A stretch of DNA of 64,000 bases from an uncultured Alphaproteobacteria bacterium (lineage in GTDB: Bacteria; Pseudomonadota; Alphaproteobacteria; Rhizobiales; Xanthobacteraceae), in NCBI GenBank assembly GCA_963845435.1, contig CAWJSD010000012.1:326141-390140 (forward strand), read 5' to 3'. Shown one piece after another: positions 19,195-29,931 of the stretch. Both the position numbers and the translations under genes were made by a program. Under the pieces are notes generated by a model that saw only the letters and a program-made list of their open reading frames with translations, searched no databases and had not been told where the DNA came from. Every line of letters starts with the position of its first letter. Position 1 is the first letter of the stretch.

Positions 19195-22100
19195 ATGCAG
19201 CTATCCCGAACCTTCATCGACCGGCCGATCTTCGCCACCGTGCTGAGCGTGTTCGTCACGCTCGCCGGCCTCGGCGCGCTCGCGATCCTGCCGGTGGCGC
19301 AATATCCGGAAATCGTGCCGCCGACGGTTCAGGTCACGACCGCCTATCCGGGCGCGTCCGCGGAGACCGTCTCGCGCACCGTGGCGACGCCGCTGGAGCA
19401 GGAGATCAACGGCGTCGAGAACATGCTCTACATGAACAGCCAGTCGACCGGCGACGGCAAGCTCACGGTGACCGTGACATTCCGGATCGGCACCGACCTC
19501 AATGTCGCGCAGATGCTGACGCAGAACCGGGTGCAGGACGCGCTGCCGCGGCTGCCCGAGGACGTGCAGCGGCTCGGCGTGCAGGTGCGGAAATCGACGC
19601 CCAACATCCTGCTCGCGGTGCATCTCTATTCGCCGGATAGTTCGCGCGACACGCTGTATCTGTCGAACTACGCGACGCTGCACGTGAAGGACGTGCTGGC
19701 GCGGCTGCCCGGCGTCGGCGACGTGCAATTCCAGGGCGCGCGCGAATACGCGATGCGGATCTGGCTCGATCCGGACAAGGTCGCGGCACGCGACCTCAAC
19801 GCCGCCGAAGTGCTGGCGGCGCTGCGGGCGCAGAACGTTCAGGTTTCCGCCGGCATCCTCAACCAGCCGCCGGTGCCTTCGACTCAGGCCTATCAGATCA
19901 ACGTCGCAGACGCTCGGACGGCTGTCGACGCCCGAACAATTCGACGACATCGTGCTGAAGTCCGATCCCCAGGGCCGCGTGACGCGCTTGCGCGACGTCG
20001 GACGGGTCGAAATCGGCGCCGCGGATTACGGATCGACCGCGTTCATGGACCGCGGTCCGGGCATCCCGCTGTTGATCTTCGCCCAGCCCGGCGCCAATTC
20101 GCTGGCGGTCGAGAGCGAGGTGCTTGACAGCACGGAGACGCTGTCGAAGGATTTCCCGCCCGGCGTCGCCTACAAGGTGATCTACGATCCGACCATCTTC
20201 GTCGGCCAAATCGGTTCACGAGGTGATCACGACGATCTTCATCGCGATCCTGCTGGTGGTTGGCGTCGTGTTCCTGTTCCTGCAGAGCTGGCGCGCCGCG
20301 ATCATTCCGGTGATCGCGATTCCGGTGTCGCTGATCGGCACCTTCGCCATTCTTTACGCGCTCGGAATCTCGCTCAACAATCTGTCGCTGTTCGGGCTGG
20401 TGCTCGCGGTCGGCATCGTCGTCGACGACGCCATCGTCGTGGTCGAGAATGTCGAGCGCAATCTCGAACGGGGCATGCAGCCCGACGGAGGCGGCGCGCG
20501 TCACCATGGACGAGGTCGGCGGCGCGCTGATCTCGATCGCGCTGACGCTATGCGCGGTGTTCGTGCCGTCAGCGTTCCTGTCGGGCATCACCGGATTGTT
20601 CTTCCGGCAGTTCGCGGTGACGATTTCCGCGTCGACCCTGATCTCCTGCTTCGTATCGCTGACCTTGAGCCCGGCGCTTTGCGCGCGTGCTGTTCAAGCC
20701 GCATGATCCGGCGCACAAAGCTCGGTCGAACCGGCATCGCGGGCCTGGTCAGTGCCGGGTTCGACCGCTTCAACTACGGCTTCGAGTGGCTGTCGACGCG
20801 CCTATGGACGCCTGACCCGGCGTCTGGTGCAGGCGGTGGGCGCGATGCTGCTGGCCTATGCGCTGCTGATCGGCGTTACCGGCTTTCAGTTCGCGCGCTC
20901 ACCGACCGGCTTCATTCCCGAGCAGGACCAGGGCTATCTGATCTCGGTCGTGCAGTTGCCGCCGGGAGCGACCCTGGACCGCACCGAAGCGGTGGTGAAG
21001 AAGGCGATCGAAATCATCATGACGCACGCCTGGCGTCGAGCACGTCGCGCCGTTCGCGGGTCTTGATGCGACGACGTTCACCGTCGCCTCCAATTCCGGC
21101 ACGATCTTTTCCGGATTGCCGTCGCTGTACAGCCACGAACTCAAGGGCGTGACCGCGGCGAGCGTGCTGGCCGATCTGCGCAAGCGGCTGTCGGTGATCC
21201 AGGACGCTTACGTGCTGACGATTCCGCCGCCGCCGGTGCAAGGCCTCGGCAGCGCCGGCGGCTTCAAGATGATGTTGCAGGATCGCGCCGGTCTCGGTTC
21301 CGACGCGCTGGCGAAAGCCGCGCAGGCGCTGGTCGGCGCGGCCAACAAGGATCCGAGCTTCGCCGGCGTGTTCACGCTGTTCGGCACCCGCGCGCCGTCG
21401 GTCTATGCCGACATCGATCGCGAGAAGGCCGAGAAGGTCGGGCTGACGCCGACCGACGTGTTTTCCACGCTGCAGGTCTATCTCGGCTCGCAGTACGTCA
21501 ACGACTTCAACTATCTCGGCCGCACCTATCAGGTGATCGCGCAGGCGGACGGAAGTTTCCGACGCGATCCGCAGGACATCGCGCGGCTCAAGGCACGCAA
21601 CACGTCAGGCGAGATGGTGCCGATCGGCACGGTGGCGCGACTGAAGTCCGAGAACGCGCCCTACCGCGTGCCGCGCTACGACCTGTTTCCCGCGGCCGAA
21701 GTGATGGGCGTCGCCGCGCCCGGCGTGGCCACCGGCAGCGCGCTGCACCGGATGGAAGAACTCGCCCATCAGGTGCTGCCGCCCGGCATCGGCTTCGAAT
21801 GGACCGAACTGGCGTTTCAGCAGCAACAGCCGGGAACGTCGTCGCTGCTGATCTTTGGCGCCTCGGCGCTTGTTCGTCTTCCTGGTGCTGGCGGCGCAGT
21901 ATGAGAGCTGGAAACTGCCGCTCGCGGTGGTGATGATCGTGCCGATGTGTCTGCTGGCGTCGGTTACCGGATTGCTCGACGCGCGGCATGCCGATCGACG
22001 TGCTGGCGCAGATCGGTTTCGTGGTGCTGGTCGGGCTCGCCGCAAAGAACGCGATTCTGATCGTGGAGTTCGCGAAGCAGGCCGAGGACGCCGGCGCCAC

Positions 22101-22368
22101 CGCGGCAGAAGCCGCGGTCAGCGCCGCGCGCACGCGGTTGCGGCCGATCCTGATGACATCGCTTGCATTCGTGTTCGGCGTTGCACCCCTGGTGGTTGCA
22201 ACCGGCGCCGGCGCCGAAATGAGACAGTCACTCGGTACTGCGGTGTTCGCAGGCATGCTGGGCGTGACCGGCTTCGGCCTGCTGTTCACGCCTGCTTTCT
22301 ATACAGCCGTGCGCAAGTTCGGCGAGAACAGCAAGACGGAGCCCGCGAAAGTGGCAGAACATGCTTAA
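19195..22368 (+). CDS. RND efflux permease (HAE1, AcrB/MexF-like); about 8 frameshifts
   Basis: [66 protein letters not shown] across successive ORFs. Confidence 0.9.
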
Positions 22369-22429
22369 AAAATGCGGCCGCGGCGATTTGGCCGTGGCCG
22401 TCAAGCCACGCTCCCGACTCGATCGAACT

Positions 22430-22454
22430 GGAACCGCCTTTTTCCCAAAGCGTT
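22430..22454 (+). promoter_or_regulatory. sigma-EcfG promoter
   Basis: GGAAC-N16-CGTT exact consensus upstream of the 59-aa ORF. Confidence 0.65.
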
Positions 22455-22585
22455 GAGTTAGCGAATCCTTTACACATTGAGTGAAGAATTCAGCAACTCA
22501 AGTTGATCGCGTATTCAAAGTTGCGCCTTGATCCGCGCCTACCGCGGTCCGGCTTAACTCACGTGTTGGGACAAGAGGAACTTTC

Positions 22586-22765
22586 ATGGCCAAGTTTGCA
22601 ATTGGCGATCATGTCGCCAAAGGTAAAAGCAGCACCGGCAAAGTCGTCGCTATCTTCACCACCTCCGAAGGCGAACTCCGATATGCCGTCGAAAACGATG
22701 GCGCGCTCCAGTTCATTCTGGAAAACGAGTTGGCGCCCTATCAGCCGCAGACCCGCGCGGCCTGA
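22586..22765 (+). CDS. 59-aa SH3-like protein resembling DfrB/R67 DHFR (not in ORF track)
   Basis: MAKFAIGDHVAKGKSSTGKVVAIFTTSEGELRYAVENDGALQFILENELAPYQPQTRAA; GAGGAA RBS. Confidence 0.7.
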   Translation: MAKFAIGDHVAKGKSSTGKVVAIFTTSEGELRYAVENDGALQFILENELAPYQPQTRAA

Positions 22766-22786
22766 TCCAAACCTCCCAAGCCTTTT

Positions 22787-23542
22787 CTAGTTTCGAGCCG
22801 AAGTCAGAAAAGGAACGATCGCGTCGGCCAATGGCGCCGGCGCGGAAAATTGCGGCGCGTGTCCTGTCGACAAGGATACCACCGATGCGCCGGGCGCGCG
22901 CGCCTGCATTGCGCGCTGTACCGGCAGGACCACGGACCGGTCGTCCAGCGCCTCGACGTAGAGCCGGGGAATGCGACCGTAACGCTCCGCAGTGGCGGGT
23001 GTGGTAACCGCCCGACCGCCCTCACCTTGCGGCGTTAACCTTGCGGCAGCCGCAGCGGCATCATCGGCGGAACAATCGTGCAGGAAAATCGCGATCGCCG
23101 CCTCAGCCGGAACCCGCGATACCTTGCGATCATCCGACCATTGCAGATACGGCCAGATGCCGGAAGCTTCGGGATAGTCATTTCGTATAAGCGACGCCAA
23201 TTGCTCGAAGCTTGTTCCGTCCGGCAGCATCATTCCGACTACATAGACCAGCCGCGAAACGCATTCAGGCCAGCGCTCGGCGAACGCGGTGATCAACAGC
23301 CCGCCACCGGAATGACCGACCAGGCTGACGGGCCGATCGCGCGCGCGGACGATGCCGTGGACATGCTGCAAGCAGGCTTCAAACGTGACTTCCGCGGGAT
23401 CGCTGCCATCGACACCGTTGCCGGGCAGATCGACCGCGTGCGCCGTCAGGCCTGCGGCCTCGAGATACGGGATGAAGCGCGCCCACGCCCATGAGCCCTG
23501 CCAGGCACCGTGGATCAGGATAACAGGATCGAAGTTAGACAT
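22787..23542 (-). CDS. Alpha/beta hydrolase (methylesterase/HNL-like)
   Basis: LIHGAWQGSWAW, GHSGGG nucleophile, DDRSV, TGHAP. Confidence 0.88.
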   Translation of the reverse strand: MSNFDPVILIHGAWQGSWAWARFIPYLEAAGLTAHAVDLPGNGVDGSDPAEVTFEACLQHVHGIVRARDRPVSLVGHSGGGLLITAFAERWPECVSRLVYVVGMMLPDGTSFEQLASLIRNDYPEASGIWPYLQWSDDRKVSRVPAEAAIAIFLHDCSADDAAAAAARLTPQGEGGRAVTTPATAERYGRIPRLYVEALDDRSVVLPVQRAMQARAPGASVVSLSTGHAPQFSAPAPLADAIVPFLTSARN

Positions 23543-23557
23543 CGTGTTTTGCCTCAT

Positions 23558-23644
23558 CGTCATTGCGAGGAGCGAAGCGACGAAGCAATCCAGGGGCCGC
23601 GCGTACCTGCGCCCGTGGATTGCTTCGTTTCGCTCGCAATGACG
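23558..23644. repeat. Palindromic miniature repeat (CGTCATTGCGAG...CTCGCAATGACG type)
   Basis: 12-bp terminal inverted repeats plus internal GAAGCAATCCA/TGGATTGCTTC. Confidence 0.85.
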
Positions 23645-23695
23645 GACGCCTGCTCCGCGAACGGCAAACCGCGCACCAAATTGATCCCTAGCTAA

Positions 23696-24676
23696 TTATT
23701 TATACGTCCGTCGGTACATCTCGCGCAGGTGACCCTCGACCGTGGTCGGCGGATATTTTGCGGCGTCGCCCGGCTCCAGGCATGACGGCAAACATTCGAC
23801 GTGCTGATCCGGATTGCCGGAAAAGAAAAACGGCACCGAATAACGTTCGCGTCCCGACGCATTGACGACGCGATGCACCGTCGAGCGAAACCGGTCGTTG
23901 GTCCAGCGCGCGATCAGATCGCCGAGATTGACGACAAAGGTGCCGGGCAGCGGCGTGGCATGGATCCACTCATCCCTCGTCTTGCCCTGCACCTGCAGGC
24001 CGCCGTTCTGGTCCTGCAGCAGCAGCGTCACGCCGCCGAAATCGCTATGCGCGCCGGCGCCCTTTTCGCCGGGCGCCGCGTTGGCGGGCTGCGGCGGATA
24101 ATGCAGCAACCGCAGCGTGGCGTGCGGGTTGGTGCAATAATCGGCGAAATAGTTCTCGTCGAGGCGCAGCGCAAGCGCCAGCCCGGTCATCAGCCTGCGG
24201 CTCAGGCCGAGCATGATCTCGAAATAATCTTCGGTGACCGGCCGGAAGCTCGGCATGCCGTCCGGCCACAGATTGGGGCCGTGATTGAATTTTCGCGCCA
24301 TCACGCGGGGATCGTCGAGCCCCAGTTCCGGCCCGATATAAAAGCTTTCCTTCAGATCCGGCGGCGCGCCTGCCTCGAGAGTCTGCGCCCGCATCGGTTC
24401 AAAGCCGCGCTGGCAGAACGAGAGCCGCTTGTCGACCGCGCTTTTGATCGAGGCCGGGCTGTCGAAGAAACCTCGCGTCACTTCGAAGAGCGCGTCGATC
24501 ATCGCCGGCGGCACGCCGTGATTGCTGATGTAGAAAAAACCATTGTCGAGACAGGCGCTGCGAAGCTGTTCGGCGACCGCCTCACGATCGGCAGCGTAAT
24601 TCGACGAGAGGCCAGCGATATCGATTACCGGCAGCGCGGAACTCGAGACGTGGACGGCTTCAAGCGCAGATGTCAT
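23696..24676 (-). CDS. Isopenicillin N synthase-family 2OG-Fe(II) oxygenase
   Basis: LPVIDI, GFFYISNHGV, LRLLHYP, HSD, HRV, RYS. Confidence 0.92.
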   Translation of the reverse strand: MTSALEAVHVSSSALPVIDIAGLSSNYAADREAVAEQLRSACLDNGFFYISNHGVPPAMIDALFEVTRGFFDSPASIKSAVDKRLSFCQRGFEPMRAQTLEAGAPPDLKESFYIGPELGLDDPRVMARKFNHGPNLWPDGMPSFRPVTEDYFEIMLGLSRRLMTGLALALRLDENYFADYCTNPHATLRLLHYPPQPANAAPGEKGAGAHSDFGGVTLLLQDQNGGLQVQGKTRDEWIHATPLPGTFVVNLGDLIARWTNDRFRSTVHRVVNASGRERYSVPFFFSGNPDQHVECLPSCLEPGDAAKYPPTTVEGHLREMYRRTYK

Positions 24677-24732
24677 GGCGGCCCCGTTCCATGGCGGTTG
24701 TCCTCCGGGCAATGTTGTTGTTATCGAAACGA

Positions 24733-24763
24733 TGTGCCGGCACCCCATCGAGATGCCGGCACA
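24733..24763 (-). terminator. Intercistronic stem-loop after binding-protein gene
   Basis: TGTGCCGGCA...TGCCGGCACA inverted repeat, no U-tract. Confidence 0.5.
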
Positions 24764-24791
24764 CTGTCACGCGTCAATGTGGGCTGCTGCT

Positions 24792-25884
24792 CTATTTGGG
24801 AACGCTGCCGTCGATGCCGTCGACATAGACGTTGAGGGAGTTGAAGGTGGCTGGAGCCATCGTCGTGTTGGCGGCGACCAATTCCTTGCCGGTGTTATCC
24901 TTGATCGGTCCACCGAACGGATTGAGCGTGCCGGCGACCAGCGCGGCCTTCTTCTCCTCGAACACCTTCACGGCGGCAGGCGGGATCGCGGCGTTGAGCG
25001 GCGCCATCACCACCATGCCTTCCTTGAGGCCCCAGCGGGTGTGCCGGTTGCCGGTCCAGCTGCCGTCCATCACCTTCTGGGTCTCGGCGATGTAGTAGCC
25101 GCTCCAGTCTTCGGTGGTGCCCGACAATTGCGCCTTGGGACCGAACTTCTCCATGTTGGCATCGATGCTGAAGGCGTAGGTGCCCTTTTCCTGCGCCGCC
25201 TGGATCGAAGCCGGCGAGTCGGTGTTCTGGGCCACGTTGTCGGCGCCCTGCGCGATCAGCGTATCCGCGGCCTGACGCTCCTTGCCTGGATCGTACCAGG
25301 TGTTGACCCAGATCGCCTTGGTCTTCACTTTGGGATTGACGGCCTGCGCGCCCAGCTGCATCGCGTTGATGTTGCGAACCACGCTCGGGATCGGGAACGA
25401 CCCGATAAAGCCCAGCGTGTTGCTCTTGGTCATCTGGCCGGCGATGGTGCCGATCAGATAAAAGCCTTCCTCGAAACGCGGTTCGTACACCGAGATGTTG
25501 GCCGCGGTCTTGAAGCCGTTGACATGCTCGAACTTGACGTCCGGAAACAGCTTGGCGACTTTCTGCAGCGGCTCCATGTAGCCGAACGAGGTCGCGAAGA
25601 TCAGCTTGTAGCCGTCGGAGGCCAGCTGGCGAAACACGCGCTCGGAATCGGCGGTCTCGGGGACGTTCTCCACGAAGGTGGTCTTGATCTTGTCGCCCAT
25701 CGCCTTTTCGAGGCCGAGGCGGCCCATGTCGTGCTGCTGGGTCCAGCCGCCGTCGCCGCGCGGGCCCAGATAGACGAACGCGACCTTGAGCGGCTCGGCG
25801 GCGAATACCGTCAGCCGGCGCGGTCACGGTCAATCCCGCCGCGAGGCCCAACGGCAACAATTTCAGGACTTGTCTACGCTTCAT
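24792..25884 (-). CDS. BMP-family (purine/nucleoside) ABC substrate-binding protein; frameshift near 25805
   Basis: KVAFVYLGP..DGGWT, IFATSFGY, NTWYDPGKE; RR-type signal MKRRQVL. Confidence 0.88.
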
Positions 25885-25946
25885 GATGCTTACCTTCTGT
25901 TTGGAGCTTGTACGTGGTGATGCAGAACGGACCGCGTGGCCCCTTG

Positions 25947-26867
25947 TCACGCGGCCGAATGGAAGCTGTGGCCGAGCGACGCCGGCTGGTTCAGCAAAAT
26001 GGTCTTGGGATCGCGGCAGATGATCACCAGCACGATGATGGTCGCCGCATAGGGCAGCATCGACAGGAATTCCGTCGGGATCGGCAGACCAAAGCCCTGC
26101 GCGAACAACTGGAACTGGGTGACGCCGCCGAACAGATACGCGCCGATCACCACTCGGGTCGGCTTCCAGGTCCCGAAAACAACCAGCGCCAGTGCGATCC
26201 AGCCCTTGCCGGCCGACATGCCCTCGACCCACATCGGGGTCTGCACCAGCGACAGATACGCGCCGGCGATGCCGGCGGTGGCGCCGCCGAACGCCACTGC
26301 GAGATAGCGCGTGGTCAGAACCGATTTGCCGATCGCATGCGCAACGCCGGGCGATTTACCGATCGCGCGTAGCGTGAGGCCAATCCGCGATTTGGTCAGG
26401 AACCAGAGCACGCCGAGATAGAGCGCGATCGAGAGATAGACCATGACGTCGTAGTGAAACAGCAGAGGGCCGATCACCGGGATCGCGGTCAATCCGGGGA
26501 TCGTGATCGGCTCCAGCCGGTTCACCGGCAGTCCCGCATAATTGTAGCCGACGAACGCCGACAGTCCGATGCCGAACAAGGTCAGCGCCAGCCCGGTCGC
26601 GACCTGGTTGGTCTGCAGATTGAGCGTGAGAAAGCCGAACACCAGCGACAGCGCGACACCGGCGGCGGCGGCGGCCAGAAAGCCCACCGCGTCGCTGCCG
26701 GTAGCATAGGTCGCGGCAAAGCCGGCCACCGCGCCCATCAGCATCATGCCCTCGATGCCGAGATTGAGTACGCCGGAGCGTTCGACGATGGTTTCGCCAA
26801 GCGCGGCGAAGATCAAGGGCGTCGCCGCGACCACGGTCGAGGCGATCATCGCGATCAGAAGGCTCAT
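25947..26867 (-). CDS. Nucleoside/sugar ABC permease 2
   Basis: ERSGVLNLGIEG, GKGWIALALV, MLPY. Confidence 0.9.
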   Translation of the reverse strand: MSLLIAMIASTVVAATPLIFAALGETIVERSGVLNLGIEGMMLMGAVAGFAATYATGSDAVGFLAAAAAGVALSLVFGFLTLNLQTNQVATGLALTLFGIGLSAFVGYNYAGLPVNRLEPITIPGLTAIPVIGPLLFHYDVMVYLSIALYLGVLWFLTKSRIGLTLRAIGKSPGVAHAIGKSVLTTRYLAVAFGGATAGIAGAYLSLVQTPMWVEGMSAGKGWIALALVVFGTWKPTRVVIGAYLFGGVTQFQLFAQGFGLPIPTEFLSMLPYAATIIVLVIICRDPKTILLNQPASLGHSFHSAA

Positions 26868-27979
26868 GCCGCGCTCTCCGCAGGTGCCGCCGGTGCGGTC
26901 GGCTTGATGACATTGCTCTCGACTGGCACCACGCGTTTCAGCCGGAAGGTGATGAACAGATCGGCGGCCAGCAGATAAAACAGCAGCAGCCCCTGAAACA
27001 GTCCGGTGATCGCGGCCGGCAGGCCCATCCCCATCTGCGCCGACTCGCCGCCGAGATAGAGCAGCGACATCAGCAGCGCGCCGGCCACCACGCCGATCGG
27101 ATGCAAGCGTCCGATCCAGGCGACGATGATCGCGGCAAAGCCGTAGCCCGGCGAGATCTGCTGTTGCAGCCGCCCGATCGGACCGGCGACTTCCAGGATC
27201 CCCGCAAGCCCCGCGGTCGCGCCGCACAGCATCAGCGCGATCCAGATATTGCGCTTCTCCGAGAAGCCGGCATAAGCCGCGGCGGCGGGCGCGAGACCCG
27301 CGACTTGCATGCGAAAGCCCGCAAAGGTCTTCTGCGAGAAGATCCAGGCGACCACCGCCAGCACCAGCGCATAGACGATGCCCCAGGTCACGCGCGTGCC
27401 GCTGATCAACGTCGACATGGTCTCGGCATCACCGAAGCCGGTCGACTGCGGATAGTTTTGCCCCTGCGGGTCGCGCCAGGGGCCGTGCACCAGCCAGGAC
27501 AGCACGAGCTGGGCGATATACACCAGCATCAGGGTGACCAGGATTTCATTGGTGTTGAAGCGGGTGCGCAGGAAGGCCGGGATCGCAGCCCAGATCATGC
27601 CGCCGGCGATTCCGGCCAGCAGCATCAGCGGCATCGCAAATATCGAGTCGCTGTCGCCGAACCACAGCGCGACACCGCCACCGAAGATCGCACCCATGGT
27701 GAGTTGACCTTCGGCGCCGATGTTCCAGACGTTGGCGCGAAAGCCCAGCGCCAGCCCCAGGCCGCACAACAACAGCGGCGTGGTCTTGAGCAATAATTCG
27801 CCGATGCCGTAGCTGGTCGACAGCGGCTTGATGAAGAACAGATAGAAGGCTTCGACCGGATCCTTGCCCAGCGCGCTGAACAGCAGGAATCCGGTGACCA
27901 GCATGCCGGCCGCCGCCAGCAGCGGCGATACAAAACCCATCACGGCAGAAGGCGTCGCGCGCCGCTCAAGCCTGAGCAT
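26864..27979 (-). CDS. Nucleoside/sugar ABC permease 1
   Basis: WNIGAEGQ, NEILVTLML, GYGFAAI. Confidence 0.9.
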   Translation of the reverse strand: MLRLERRATPSAVMGFVSPLLAAAGMLVTGFLLFSALGKDPVEAFYLFFIKPLSTSYGIGELLLKTTPLLLCGLGLALGFRANVWNIGAEGQLTMGAIFGGGVALWFGDSDSIFAMPLMLLAGIAGGMIWAAIPAFLRTRFNTNEILVTLMLVYIAQLVLSWLVHGPWRDPQGQNYPQSTGFGDAETMSTLISGTRVTWGIVYALVLAVVAWIFSQKTFAGFRMQVAGLAPAAAAYAGFSEKRNIWIALMLCGATAGLAGILEVAGPIGRLQQQISPGYGFAAIIVAWIGRLHPIGVVAGALLMSLLYLGGESAQMGMGLPAAITGLFQGLLLFYLLAADLFITFRLKRVVPVESNVIKPTAPAAPAESAA

Positions 27980-29541
27980 CAGCAGTCTCCAGGTGCGAGT
28001 TTGCGGAAACAGCGCCTTCGCCTGCCTTGTCGCCGAATTTGCCGCTCATCCATGTTCCGATTTGTTCGATCGAGGTCTCCGCCGGCTTCACCGACGGCGA
28101 CAGCCGCCCCTCGGCGATCACCGAAAGCCGGTCGCTGATCGTAAACAGTTCATCGAGTTCCTCCGAGATCACCAGGATGGCGACGCCCTGGTCGCGCAAA
28201 TCGATCAATGCCTGGCGGATCAGCTGCGCGGCGCCGACATCGACGCCCCAGGTCGGCTGCGCCACGATCATCATCTTCGGCGCCAGCATGGTCTCGCGGC
28301 CGACGATGAATTTCTGCAGATTGCCGCCCGACAGACTTGAAGCGACCGACTGGTCGCCGCCGCATTTGACCTTGAAGCGCTCGATCACGTCCTTGGAAAA
28401 GGTCTTCATCACGGTCGGATGGATCAGGCCCCGCTGCACCATGCCCTTGCGCGCGCCGGTCAGCAGCGCGTTGTAGGACAGGCTCATCGGCGGCACCGCG
28501 CCGCGCCCCAGTCTTTCCTCGGGAACGAAGGTCAGCCCGAGCGCGCGGCGCTGCGCCGGGTTGAGATTGCCGACCGGAGTTCCGAACAGCTTGATCATCG
28601 CACCGCTGCTCAGGCGTTCGCCCGACAGTGCCGTCATCAATTCCTTCTGGCCGTTGCCGGACACGCCGGCGATGCCGAGGATCTCGCCACTGCGCACCTG
28701 CAGGCTGATATCCTTAAGCGTGGTGCCGAACGGATCCGGCGAAGCCAGGGTCAGCTTGTCGACGTCGAGCCGCACCTCCTTGGCTTCGCGCGGGGTGAGA
28801 TGACATTCCGCCAGTTCGCCGCCGATCATCAGGCGGGCCAGGCTCTCGTTGGTCTCGTTGCGGGGGATGGCGCCGCCGCTGACCTTGCCGCCGCGCAACA
28901 CCGTCGCGGTGTCGCAGAGCGCGCGGATCTCGTCGAGCTTGTGACTGATATAGAGAATGCTGCAGCCTTCCGCGGCCAGCCGTCGCAGCGTCTTGAACAG
29001 CACCAGCACCGCCTGCGGCGTCAGCACCGAGGTCGGCTCGTCCATGATCAGAAGTTTAGGTTCCTGCAGCAGACAACGCACGATTTCGACGCGCTGGCGT
29101 TCGCCCACCGACATGCTGTGGACCAGCCGATAGGGATCGATCGGAAGTCCGTATTTTTCCGAGACCTCGGTGATCTGCAGCCGCCAGTTGCGCGGTCGGA
29201 ACGTGCTCATCGAGCGCCAGCGCGATGTTTTCCCAGACCGTCAGCGTCTCGAACAGCGAGAAATGCTGGAACACCATGCCGATGCCCAATCGTCGTGCCT
29301 GCGACGGCGCGGTGATGGTTTCGTACTGGCCATTCCACATGATCGTGCCGGCGTCGGGCTTGGTGACGCCGTAGATCATCTTCATCAGGGTGCTTTTGCC
29401 GGCGCCATTCTCGCCGAGCACCGCATGAATCTCGCCCGGGCGGATGCTCAGCGAGACATCGTCATTGGCAACCACACTGGGGTAACGCTTGGTAATGCCG
29501 GTCAACACCAGCCGTGGCTTTAGATCTGCAAACTTATCCAT
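27966..29541 (-). CDS. ABC ATP-binding protein (two-domain CUT2 type); frameshift near 29200
   Basis: GENGAGKST, MSVGERQ, DEPT, LSGGNLQK, QPTWGVD. Confidence 0.9.
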
Positions 29542-29600
29542 TTTCCGATCGGCCCCGGTCCCAAACTACGGCGACGGCAATCCGCGCCGCGGATCACACA

Positions 29601-29616
29601 AGCAATCCGCGCGCCA
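29601..29616 (-). promoter_or_regulatory. sigma54 -24/-12 promoter (ABC operon)
   Basis: Minus strand TGGCGC-GCGGA-TTGCT. Confidence 0.72.
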
Positions 29617-29811
29617 AGCGGGCCAAACCGGTTTCACTTCGGGAATAAATCCGTCCGCCGGGGGTCATCGGGGCCCGGCATGAGCGATCCGCGGGCCGGC
29701 TTCCTGTCACTCACTGGGGCGCAAACCTCTCCCGCCACGATTTGTTACGATCTGTTTCCGGCGTCTGGACCACTACCAAAGCATTAGTCGGCCCGATGAG
29801 GCCGCATCGCT

Positions 29812-29827
29812 TGGCATCCTCCTTGCT
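29812..29827 (+). promoter_or_regulatory. sigma54 -24/-12 promoter (catabolic operon)
   Basis: TGGCAT-CCTCC-TTGCT. Confidence 0.72.
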
Positions 29828-29931
29828 CCAATCTTTGCTCGGGCAGAACCAGACCGGGATGCCGCATGCCAAGCAATTGGCCACGTTCGAAAGGGTGAGA
29901 TGAGACCGATACCAGACGCCGGACGGCATCG

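Noticed and set aside
17200-22000. Programmed frameshifting or phase variation in the RND locus
   Set aside because: No slippery heptamers or long homopolymers at the breaks; too many scattered indels.
29545-29930. Purine riboswitch in the divergent intergenic region
   Set aside because: No recognisable aptamer consensus; sigma54 motifs explain the region.
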